A stretch of 64,000 nucleotides of DNA from Pontiella sp. (lineage in GTDB: Bacteria; Verrucomicrobiota; Kiritimatiellia; Kiritimatiellales; Pontiellaceae), in assembly GCA_050290185.1 (NCBI GenBank), contig JBNKHE010000002.1, positions 96,001 through 160,000 on the forward strand, in the 5' to 3' direction. Positions 18,257 to 26,840 of the stretch are shown piece after piece; within the stretch, counting starts at the first letter, position 1, and every line of letters starts with the position of its first letter. The notes under the pieces are model-generated. The model was not told where the DNA came from and did not search any database. It worked only from the letters and a program-made list of their open reading frames with translations. Both the position numbers and the translations under genes were made by a program.

Positions 18257-20833
18257 TCAATTTTCCAGCCCGGTCGCAATGGAAATCAGCTGTTGCAGTT
18301 CTTGCACCTGGCCATCGAGATTCAGGGCCAGCACAACCGGTTGCATCCGGGCCAGAACATCCGTCATTTCCGTCCCCTCGGTATAGGGACTGCGGCGCAG
18401 CCGTTCGGCAAACTCCGCCACGCAGGCGGCCAGCTGGAACCGCGCATCTGCATCCTCGAAGCGGGCCTTGCGGTAGGAATCCATTACCCGGCTGCTGATC
18501 TCTTCGATAGCGCCGTTGTCGGCCCGGCGATAGCGGACATAGACCGTAGCGATCGGATCTTTTTCCAATCCGTCTGGTTTGAGTTCAACGTCATAAAGCG
18601 CCGTCACGGACTGGCCGGAGCCAACCTCGCCGGCATCTACCGTATCATCGCGGAACTGCTCCTTGGTCAGTTGGCGGTTTTCGTAGCCGAGCTGGCGATA
18701 GCGCAACACGCGGTCGGGATTGAATTCGATCTGGATCTTCACGTCGCTGGCAATTACATGGAGTGTGGAAGCCAACCGGTCAACAAACAGCTGACGGGCT
18801 TCATCCATCGTATCGACATAGGCATACATGCCGTCGCCGCGATTCGCCAGGCGCTCCAGCAGATCGTCGTCGTAGGTTCCCGCCCCGAAGCCGAGCACGG
18901 AAAGATAGATGCCCTTGGTGCGGTAGTCGGCCACCTGCTCCAGAATTGCATCCGGATCCAGCTCGCCCAGATTGGCAACGCCGTCGGACATGATAATGAT
19001 CCGGTTGGAATCGCCGGCTTCGAAACCATCGGACGCCATCAGGTAACCCAGTTCCAATCCCTTGTCGAACTGCGTCGGACCGCCCGGGTGCAGGGCGTTG
19101 ATGGCCGCAAGCAGGTCGGCCTTGTTGCTTACAGGTGTATGCTCGCAAACCAATCGTGCATCGCCGCCAAACTGTACAATCGCCACCTTGTCCTCTGGGT
19201 CGAGATGATCGAGCAGTAGAGACAACGACTGCTTAACCAGACCGAGCCGTTCCGGTGTGCTCATCGAGCCGGAGGTATCGATGACCAGCGTAAGGATGGC
19301 TTTGCGGTGGTCGTCACGCCCGATGCGGCGTCCCTTGATCCCAACCTTGAGTACATCCATGCGCCCCCGGAACGGCGACGGCGCCATTTCGCTGTGCACA
19401 GCAAAAGTCTGCTTGCCGGCGGGCGGGCGGTAATCATAGTCGAAGCTGTTGATGAATTCTTCCGTGCGCACGGCCTCGGTATCCGGCATGGCACCGCCCA
19501 GCAACAGCTGCCGTGCCAGCCCGTACGACGCCGTATCAACATCGATTGAAAATGTGGAGAAGGCATTGTCCGCCGCCATCACGTAGGGATTGAAAACGGC
19601 AGGCTTGCGTTCCCGCGGCGTCACGGCCGCTTCATCCTTGAAGTCAGATCTCCGGGCCCGACTTACATCGTCAGGAATTTTTTTCGCACTCTTTTTCGTT
19701 TCGGATGGATCTGGTGTAATAACATTATCGGCAACTCTTCCCCATGGCTCCGTACTATATGCATCCAGATCCTCGCCCCCGAACAGATCATCCATGCTGT
19801 CACCTGCATCCATGGCCCCTGCGAACAGACCGTCTATGCTATTATCCTTCCCGACTGCGGGAACCGGCTGGGGAAGAGCAGTATCTGTCGTAGGTTCATT
19901 GGCAAACGGATCTCCGTAAGCGTACTGCTCATTTTTATCCTGCGAGCGTCCCGTATCGGAGTCCGACAACGTTGAATACCCGGACAGGTTAACCGACTCG
20001 GTGGCTGGTTCCGGCTCTGTTGAAACCGCATAGCCAAAGACGGACGTTTCGCTGATCTCAGCCCGGTCGACGATTTCCGCTGAGCCTAAACCTGTCCCGC
20101 CTATCAACCCTTCCGAGGTTCCTTCCAGATCCGGCATCTGTATTTCGGGCATAGACCGGGTTTTCACCTTTGCCACAATGCGCGAGGAGGGCTTGGGCTG
20201 GGCGCTCTTGACCACCTTCACCTTGGGTTTCTTGAGCATCATCTTCGGCCGCTCCACCGCCGCCGCGGCAAAGGTTTGGTCCGGCACATCCTTATCCGCG
20301 TGACCACCCTCTGCACCGAAGAAATCCTGTGAATAGTCGTCCATTACGTCCACTTTGGGCTTTACCACCACCGATCTGCGTAGCTTGGGCGTTGCTTTTA
20401 TCTCGTCGGAGACCTGTAACTTGTTCAACTTCATTCTGGGGCGCTGTACCGGGGCCGCTTCGAAAGAAACCTCACTCTTTTGCACCACCTGAACCATGAC
20501 AAAGCTCATCGAAACCATGATAAACAAAGCAGCTATGACTCCGGTGACTAGTGCTGCCTTGAACTGCGGGCTGACCCAGATGCGGGCAAAGGCATTGGTG
20601 CGGATATCGACTTTCCTTACGGGCAGATGCCGCCATGCGGACATGCGGACGGGAGTGGGCACCGCAGCCATGACCTTGCCCGCCAACCGAAACGTCGTGT
20701 TCAGTACTTCAAGTTCGGCCCGGCAAGACGCGCAGCTTTCCAGATGGGCCCGCAGGGCATGGTAGTCCCGCTCGTACAACTCGCCATGCAGATAACCCGG
20801 CAGCAGTTTTTCAAATCGTTTGCATTCCTTCAT
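18257..20833 (-). CDS. Zinc anti-sigma (zf-HC2)-TM-YfbK-like VWA protein, copy 2
   Basis: True start ATG 20833 (MKECKRFEK...HLESCASC), TM, STFSIDVD, MIDAS VIDTSGSM, YRQLGYENR, DAGEVGSG. Confidence 0.88.
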   Translation of the reverse strand: MKECKRFEKLLPGYLHGELYERDYHALRAHLESCASCRAELEVLNTTFRLAGKVMAAVPTPVRMSAWRHLPVRKVDIRTNAFARIWVSPQFKAALVTGVIAALFIMVSMSFVMVQVVQKSEVSFEAAPVQRPRMKLNKLQVSDEIKATPKLRRSVVVKPKVDVMDDYSQDFFGAEGGHADKDVPDQTFAAAAVERPKMMLKKPKVKVVKSAQPKPSSRIVAKVKTRSMPEIQMPDLEGTSEGLIGGTGLGSAEIVDRAEISETSVFGYAVSTEPEPATESVNLSGYSTLSDSDTGRSQDKNEQYAYGDPFANEPTTDTALPQPVPAVGKDNSIDGLFAGAMDAGDSMDDLFGGEDLDAYSTEPWGRVADNVITPDPSETKKSAKKIPDDVSRARRSDFKDEAAVTPRERKPAVFNPYVMAADNAFSTFSIDVDTASYGLARQLLLGGAMPDTEAVRTEEFINSFDYDYRPPAGKQTFAVHSEMAPSPFRGRMDVLKVGIKGRRIGRDDHRKAILTLVIDTSGSMSTPERLGLVKQSLSLLLDHLDPEDKVAIVQFGGDARLVCEHTPVSNKADLLAAINALHPGGPTQFDKGLELGYLMASDGFEAGDSNRIIIMSDGVANLGELDPDAILEQVADYRTKGIYLSVLGFGAGTYDDDLLERLANRGDGMYAYVDTMDEARQLFVDRLASTLHVIASDVKIQIEFNPDRVLRYRQLGYENRQLTKEQFRDDTVDAGEVGSGQSVTALYDVELKPDGLEKDPIATVYVRYRRADNGAIEEISSRVMDSYRKARFEDADARFQLAACVAEFAERLRRSPYTEGTEMTDVLARMQPVVLALNLDGQVQELQQLISIATGLEN

Positions 20834-21393
20834 GATACCACCCCCGCCTTGCGCAGGCTTTGGGTTAGCTTTTTTGAAGCGGTATGGATCAGGGTGCCGA
20901 CATACCCTTCCGTGCGGTTGAGCACCCCGGCGATATCCCTGTAGCTCATTCCATCCAGCAACCGCAGCACCAGCACTTCGCGCTCCCGGGGCTTGAGTGT
21001 GTTGATGTGCTGGAACACGAGGGCCTCGCACTCATCCAGATAGTCACGTACTGCATGATCGCACCGGTTAGCGGGATCATGTGAAAGTTGCTTGTGCAGC
21101 AGACGCAGACGGGATTCTTTGCGGATATAATCGACCGAAACATTGTGGGTGGTGCGGTACAGCCACCCCTTTAATGATCCCTCCTGTTTCCGGAGACGTC
21201 CCCAGTTTCCATGCAGACGGATAAACACCTCCTGAACGATATCCTGGGCGGCATCGGCATTGTTCAGCACACGGGATGCGTAGCGCAACAGGACAGACTG
21301 GTACATTTCGATCGCCGCCTCCAAATCAAGTTTATCCGGCTCCCCGCCCTTGAGCCCTTGGATGTCATCGCTCATGTCGCGCCTTTTCCCCAT
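20830..21393 (-). CDS. ECF sigma factor, copy 2
   Basis: AQDIVQEVFIRL, WLYRTTHN, LKPREREVLVLR, MSYRDIA; close paralog of 11230..11847. Confidence 0.92.
   Translation of the reverse strand: MGKRRDMSDDIQGLKGGEPDKLDLEAAIEMYQSVLLRYASRVLNNADAAQDIVQEVFIRLHGNWGRLRKQEGSLKGWLYRTTHNVSVDYIRKESRLRLLHKQLSHDPANRCDHAVRDYLDECEALVFQHINTLKPREREVLVLRLLDGMSYRDIAGVLNRTEGYVGTLIHTASKKLTQSLRKAGVVS
20831..20867. repeat. Direct repeat at sigma/anti-sigma junction (copy B)
   Basis: 36 of 37 nt identical to 11231-11267. Confidence 0.85.
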
Positions 21394-21409
21394 TGGTCTT
21401 TCACATATA

Positions 21410-21436
21410 ATACGTTCTGCGAGCCAAAAATCTTTG
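21410..21436 (-). promoter_or_regulatory. Putative autoregulatory ECF promoter for sigma copy 2
   Basis: Minus strand CAAAGA-tttttggctcgcagaa(16)-CGTAT, 16 nt upstream of ATG 21393. Confidence 0.7.
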
Positions 21437-21564
21437 TAAAAAAGTGTGAAATTTCATGCACACCCAGATGCAATTCAATCCTTGTGGTGGTTTTGAAATA
21501 TTTATGGCAATCTAATGTCATGTTGTACTGGAATTCCTTGCACGCGGAAAGCCAGCACGTACCA

Positions 21565-21591
21565 GTAGAGCCGCCACTACAAGTGGTGGCT
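21565..21591 (+). repeat. REP-like hairpin (GTAG + stem-loop)
   Basis: GTAG-AGCCGCCACT-aca-AGTGGTGGCT, intergenic. Confidence 0.5.
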
Positions 21592-21639
21592 CCCGTGCGC
21601 AGAGGAAACATCAGAAAATTGACCGAACAGTAGTGAACA

Positions 21640-23109
21640 ATGGATAGGCCTATGACTTCCCTGCGCACAACCTGCATCGAGAAGGCCCGATCCGATATCC
21701 AGGATTGCCTGGTGGTCGGAGCCGGGATCAATGGTGCCGTCGCCGCGGCTGCACTGGCCGGCCAAGGGGCGAAGGTGACGGTAATCGACAAGAGCGACTT
21801 TGCCTCGTTCACCTCGCAAGAGAGTTCCAATCTCGCATGGGGCGGCATCAAGTATCTCGAAACCTACGAGTTCGGTCTGGTGTGGAACCTGTGCAAATGC
21901 CGTAACCGGCTGATGAAAGCGTATCCCGCCCAGGTGCGCGAGATCCGTTTTTTCACCAGCATCGCCAAGGGGTTCCGCAAGCCGCGGATTCTAATTTATC
22001 TCGGCGCACTCCTCTATTGGTGCATGGGCCGTTGCCAAACGAAACCTCCGCGGCTGCTTTCGCGCAAGACGATCCAGCGCGAAGCGCCGATGGTAAACAC
22101 GGCCCCCCTCGCCGGCGGGCTGGAATATTCCGACTGCTACTTGATTCAAAATGACACGCGCTTTGCCTTCGGGTTTATTCGAAACATGCTTAAAAACGGC
22201 GGCAGCGCCATAAACTATATGGAATTGGTCTCCGCTGAACAACGTGATGGGTTGTGGCAGTGCACACTGCGGAACCAGGTCGACGGCGAAGCCCATAGTC
22301 TCCGAACAAAAACCATCATTAATGCCGCCGGGCCCTTTGTCGACCGCGTCAATGACCTACTCGGCATCGAATCGGCCTTTAAACATATTTTTTCAAAGGG
22401 CGCGCACATCATTGTTCCGCAGATCACCCCGATCAAACAGGTGCTCACCTTTTTTGCATCGGACGGCCGTCTCTTTTTCATGGTGCCCATGGGCGAACGC
22501 ACCTGTATTGGAACCACCGACACCCGCGTTGACAATGAAGTTGCAGAACCCACCGCTGATGATGTCGATTTTTTATTATCCAACGCCAATGCGCTGCTTG
22601 CGCTAGACCAACCGCTCACCAAGAACGATGTGATCGCCACGCGTTGCGGCGTGCGACCGCTGGCGGTACGAAAAGATGCCGATGTCGGCAATACCGAATG
22701 GATGGCTCTCTCCCGGAAGCACGAAATCGATCTCCATCCTAAAGAGAAGGTGCTTAGCATATATGGAGGGAAGCTTACCGACTGTCTCAACGTGGGTGAC
22801 GAGGTTGCCGGGATGATCGAGTCTTTCGGCATTGCGCTGAATCCAGCCAAACAATGGTACGGCGAGGAATCCCAACCAGAAATCCCGGCCAATGATGAGT
22901 GCATTCTTGGTCCCATCTACCGGAGCGAAATTCAGCGCATGGCCGAAGAGGAAATGGTCGTGCACCTGGAAGATTTCCTCCGGCGGCGCACCATGCTTGA
23001 ACTCACCATGGGCAAGGAAACATTGCGTTCCGATCCAGGGTTACGCGAAGCCGCCATCATCCTGTTCGGCGATGCGGCGGATAGAGAACTGAACCGCTAT
23101 TTTGAATAA
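21640..23109 (+). CDS. glpD: FAD-dependent glycerol-3-phosphate dehydrogenase/oxidase family
   Basis: VVGAGING, DFASFTSQESSNLAWGGIKYLE, INAAGP, KGAHI, IGTTD, GVRPL, GGKLT, LEDFLRRRT. Confidence 0.8.
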   Translation: MDRPMTSLRTTCIEKARSDIQDCLVVGAGINGAVAAAALAGQGAKVTVIDKSDFASFTSQESSNLAWGGIKYLETYEFGLVWNLCKCRNRLMKAYPAQVREIRFFTSIAKGFRKPRILIYLGALLYWCMGRCQTKPPRLLSRKTIQREAPMVNTAPLAGGLEYSDCYLIQNDTRFAFGFIRNMLKNGGSAINYMELVSAEQRDGLWQCTLRNQVDGEAHSLRTKTIINAAGPFVDRVNDLLGIESAFKHIFSKGAHIIVPQITPIKQVLTFFASDGRLFFMVPMGERTCIGTTDTRVDNEVAEPTADDVDFLLSNANALLALDQPLTKNDVIATRCGVRPLAVRKDADVGNTEWMALSRKHEIDLHPKEKVLSIYGGKLTDCLNVGDEVAGMIESFGIALNPAKQWYGEESQPEIPANDECILGPIYRSEIQRMAEEEMVVHLEDFLRRRTMLELTMGKETLRSDPGLREAAIILFGDAADRELNRYFE

Positions 23110-23127
23110 GCGGCCGGACCGGAACGA

Positions 23128-24546
23128 TCAATCGTAGACGGGCTGAGCAATGCTGGCGTTGCCAGCGACGCCAACGCGCACCCACTTCTGCCACTTAAGT
23201 TCCGTGCGCGTAACCAGACGCTTCAAACTGCGAACCAATGCCTGTAGCTCGATCATATCGACTGCATAAAACAGCAACCAGGCAGTCGGCGCGAGCAATA
23301 GCAGGTTGCGGTGGAAGCGAATCTTGGGATCGACCAGAATCTGTATGCTTACCACTGTCGTCAACAGGCCGATGACAAACGCCAGCGGCATGTAGTCGCT
23401 GGTGGCAATGGTATAGAGAAAGAAGACTCCCAGCATGACCGCTTCGGTCAACAGCAGCAGTTCGGCATAGACCGCGATCGGCAGCACGAGTAACGTCAGA
23501 TAGGGATTGTGTTCCCTGCGAAGGCTGAAGAAGAGCTTGCGGTGCTTGATAAAGGTCAGGATGCGGCCGTACTTCCAGCGCAGGCGCTGGTTACACAAGC
23601 CTCCCCAATCGGAAGGCCCTTCGGTGTAGATCACGGCATCGCAAGCGTAGCGCGTCTTGTAGCCATGCGACAGGATGCGGGTAGACATCTCGATGTCTTC
23701 GGTGATGATGGAATGATCAAAGCCACCCATCTTCTGCAGAACCTCCCGCCGGTAGGCTGCGGCAGCCCCGCCAATAATGTAGACCGAATTGAACAAGGAG
23801 TCGGAACGCTTGAAAAAGAAACCATAGAGGTATTCCATCTGCTGCATCCACTCAATGGGCTTTTTGCGATTCCCTACAATCACGTTGCCTGCAACACCTC
23901 CAACCGATGGATCATCAAAATGCTTCACCAGATTGGTGATCGCATCCGGATCCATCACGCTGTCGGCATCGATGGTGATCACGATTTCACCGGTGGCGTG
24001 AATCAGTGCGCGGTTCATGGCACGAGCTTTGCCGCCGTTCGAAAGGTTCAGGTATTTAACCGAGGCGCGCTGGATTGGATCCTGTTTGTAATCGGCCACA
24101 AAGCGGGTCACCTTTCCGTGTGTGCCGTCTGTCGACCCATCATTCACAACAACGACCTGCAGGTGCGGATACGCGGTGTTGATCACCGACCACATAGTCC
24201 TGACAATACCGACTTCCTCGTTCCAGGCCGGAATGATTACGGATACCGATGGTTTCCGGCGGTTGGCGGCCGCCTTTGTACGACGTCTCGCAACCATGGA
24301 GTAAAACGGGCTGACGGAAAGCTGGAGGACATATTTCGCCAGCAGTGGCATCAATAACACCAACATAACCAGGCGAATGGAATCAAAGCGAACGACCGCG
24401 TGGTATTCGCGTGTCGCCGCAAGATAGAAAATGCCGCTCGTCGCCGCATACAAGGCTCCGATAAAACACACCATTTCCCTCGTTGCTTGAAACCGTTTCT
24501 TCATAAACATAATGCTTACTTTCCTACGCATGTTATGTGCCAACAA
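23128..24546 (-). CDS. GT2 processive glycosyltransferase (PgaC/IcaA-like)
   Basis: IIPAWNEE, NDGSTD, GGKARAMN, IDADS, TEDI, QRLRW motif, flanking TM helices; start uncertain. Confidence 0.88.
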   Translation of the reverse strand: MLAHNMRRKVSIMFMKKRFQATREMVCFIGALYAATSGIFYLAATREYHAVVRFDSIRLVMLVLLMPLLAKYVLQLSVSPFYSMVARRRTKAAANRRKPSVSVIIPAWNEEVGIVRTMWSVINTAYPHLQVVVVNDGSTDGTHGKVTRFVADYKQDPIQRASVKYLNLSNGGKARAMNRALIHATGEIVITIDADSVMDPDAITNLVKHFDDPSVGGVAGNVIVGNRKKPIEWMQQMEYLYGFFFKRSDSLFNSVYIIGGAAAAYRREVLQKMGGFDHSIITEDIEMSTRILSHGYKTRYACDAVIYTEGPSDWGGLCNQRLRWKYGRILTFIKHRKLFFSLRREHNPYLTLLVLPIAVYAELLLLTEAVMLGVFFLYTIATSDYMPLAFVIGLLTTVVSIQILVDPKIRFHRNLLLLAPTAWLLFYAVDMIELQALVRSLKRLVTRTELKWQKWVRVGVAGNASIAQPVYD

Positions 24547-24782
24547 AAGCCCAAATTATATAGCGTTTGGGTCGGTAAAAGTGGCCGCTTATAAGGGAAT
24601 CCCCGCTCCCGCACAACCCGCCAGTGCGACTATTTCACTGCCCGGCGGGAAGCATGTTCAAGGCCGGAGGGATCAAATATTCGTTTTTGCCAGTTTTTTA
24701 CGGATTTAGTGATCGCGATATGCACAATTTCGCATTCTCCGAATCCGCAAATAGCACACACGGCATAGCAAGATGGGGTCAT

Positions 24783-24825
24783 AAAAAGAGCGCGCACAGG
24801 TGGAGCGATCCGTTGCACCTGCACG
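24783..24825 (-). terminator. Possible intrinsic terminator after the GH43 gene
   Basis: Minus strand CGTGCAGGTG-loop-CACCTGTGCG then CGCTCTTTTT. Confidence 0.4.
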
Positions 24826-24863
24826 ACTTGAGGATTCCACGGCACAGCGGCCAGCGGAACCAT

Positions 24864-25934
24864 CTAGTCAAAGAAGTGCAAGTCCCACTCGGCCATCCAT
24901 TCCAGATACGGCATATCATCTTTGAACTGGAGGGGAAGCCAGATGTAGCGACTGTCGGCCAGATTACGCGGATTCCAGCGGTCAGCCATAAAGATGAAAG
25001 CCCCCTTCTTTCCCTGAACCGGAAGGATGTAGGTGCTTTGAGAATGAAAGGTCGTTGAGGCATCGTTGCCGATGCAGGGATTCCCCAGGTCGGTCCACTC
25101 GCCCATGATTGAATCGGCCACATGCAACCGCGCGGCATTGGGATCCCAGCCCGTGCAGCCGGAAGTGATCAGGAAGTATTTGCCTTTGTGCTTGAAGATG
25201 GCCGGTGCTTCGTTGTGCCCACCGGGAAGAATTCGGCTCCACTGGTCTGTGAACGAAGTGTAATCGTCCGACAGTTTCGAGATGTGGAGCGTGAAGTTTT
25301 CTTCGGAGGAATGGATGTGGTAGGCCGTGCCATCGTCGTCGACAAACAGGGTCATGTCGCGCGACATCTGGCCCGCTTTAAAATCGCGCTTTAAAAGTTT
25401 CGCGGACTCATCCCTGCCCGTCGTTTTGGCTTCCGCTTGATGGTTGATCGGCCAGATTTCGGCATTGGGGCGGTAGGAACGGAGATATTTGTAGGGACCG
25501 GTGACCGTATCGCTGACGGCCACACCGGTCCGAGCCGCCTCGTAGCCCTTCCCCTTCAACTCAAGATGGAACCACATCACATACTTGCCGGTCATTTCGT
25601 TATAGACGACCTTCGGGCGCTCCATGATACAGCCGGGCCGGATTTCCGATTCATGCCTGTTCACGACCGCCAGCGCAATGCCTTCGTTCGTCCAATCCAC
25701 CAGATTGGTGGAGGAATAACAGCTTATGCCGTCGCGCGCCGCGCCACCCTTGCGCTTGAACTCGCCAAACCAGTAGTAGACACCATCGTCATACAGCATG
25801 CCCCCGCCATGGGCGTTGATCACCTCGCCACGGGTATCCTTCCACTCGTCACCGGGGTTGAACATGCCATCGGCAGCGGCAGCACCTAAAACCCCCATTG
25901 CGAGTTCTGTTGCGAGAAGCAGGCTTGCATTCAT
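24864..25934 (-). CDS. Secreted glycoside hydrolase family 43 (subfamily-24-like, exo-beta-1,3-galactanase type)
   Basis: INAHGGG, YYWFGE, ERPKV, MSRDMTLFVDDDG, SEEN, EAPA, FHSQST; signal peptide. Confidence 0.85.
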   Translation of the reverse strand: MNASLLLATELAMGVLGAAAADGMFNPGDEWKDTRGEVINAHGGGMLYDDGVYYWFGEFKRKGGAARDGISCYSSTNLVDWTNEGIALAVVNRHESEIRPGCIMERPKVVYNEMTGKYVMWFHLELKGKGYEAARTGVAVSDTVTGPYKYLRSYRPNAEIWPINHQAEAKTTGRDESAKLLKRDFKAGQMSRDMTLFVDDDGTAYHIHSSEENFTLHISKLSDDYTSFTDQWSRILPGGHNEAPAIFKHKGKYFLITSGCTGWDPNAARLHVADSIMGEWTDLGNPCIGNDASTTFHSQSTYILPVQGKKGAFIFMADRWNPRNLADSRYIWLPLQFKDDMPYLEWMAEWDLHFFD

Positions 25935-25953
25935 GGCCGGAAACCCATTTTTG

Positions 25954-26751
25954 CTAATCCTTGTACGCCCTGATTTTACGAGCCTTGCTATTCAGGAACT
26001 TGTTGAGGGGGCAGTTGCGCTGCCCCCGTATGCCGGCGATCACGCATGCAGCATTCAGCTCGGCCCCTTTTTCATTGGTGTGGACATGGTGGTCGGCAAA
26101 GAATTCCTGCCGCACCTCCTCCTCGTCGCCGAAATCGTCAAAGCGGTCCGCCACAATATGATTCAGGTGAATGAACCAGGCGTCTTCCTTCTCTGCGGCT
26201 TTCTTGGACCATCCTCCATAATCGTCGTGCCCCGAACGTCCGCACTTTCCCTGATCGGTCCATAGGCAGCGCGGGATGGGCGAACATACAATTACGACCG
26301 CCCCCTTCTCATGGGCTTCCTTGATATACTGCTTCATGTACCAGCCATAGGAATGGACTGCTTCCTTCTTGCCTTCCTTTCCAGTCACCTCCTGCGTATC
26401 GTCGTCCATGCCCTTGAGCGAAGAACGCCCATTGTCCTTGCTCAGGGAACCGCCGTCATTGTGGCCAAACTGGATCATCACAAAATCGCCCTCTTCCAGC
26501 TCATCGAGCACCTTCTGCCACAGCCCGTCACGCCGATAGCTCCGGCTACTGGTGCCGCCAAGGGCACGATCTTCCACATGAATGTTTCTAAGATAGCTCT
26601 CGAGCTTGCCCCCCCAACCATAGTGGTCCCCCCGGTGCGTTTCCACCGTCGAATCCCCCACAATGTACAGGGTCGGCCAGTTGGCATAAGATGTTCCCGT
26701 AAGGGCGAAAATCGTTAAAGAAACGGCTATAAATGTTCCTGCTCTTGACAT
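25954..26751 (-). CDS. SGNH rhamnogalacturonan acetylesterase-like (CE12)
   Basis: VGDSTV, GWG, ALGGTSSRS, IQFGHND, DHHVHT; signal peptide from ATG 26751. Confidence 0.85.
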   Translation of the reverse strand: MSRAGTFIAVSLTIFALTGTSYANWPTLYIVGDSTVETHRGDHYGWGGKLESYLRNIHVEDRALGGTSSRSYRRDGLWQKVLDELEEGDFVMIQFGHNDGGSLSKDNGRSSLKGMDDDTQEVTGKEGKKEAVHSYGWYMKQYIKEAHEKGAVVIVCSPIPRCLWTDQGKCGRSGHDDYGGWSKKAAEKEDAWFIHLNHIVADRFDDFGDEEEVRQEFFADHHVHTNEKGAELNAACVIAGIRGQRNCPLNKFLNSKARKIRAYKD

Positions 26752-26840
26752 GATAAACCTCCAATGGAGTCTTGTATCAAAATGAAGGGATAGCATAGCC
26801 CAACCTATGAAAAATGACAAGGCAGCGGCAGCCGGGACTC

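Noticed and set aside
20834..21031. N-terminal extension of the 924-aa VWA ORF
   Set aside because: Overlaps the sigma gene; the paralog and the ATGA coupling place the start at 20833
24547..24863. c-di-GMP or other riboswitch upstream of the GT2 gene
   Set aside because: No consensus motif recognisable by eye; only a terminator-like hairpin
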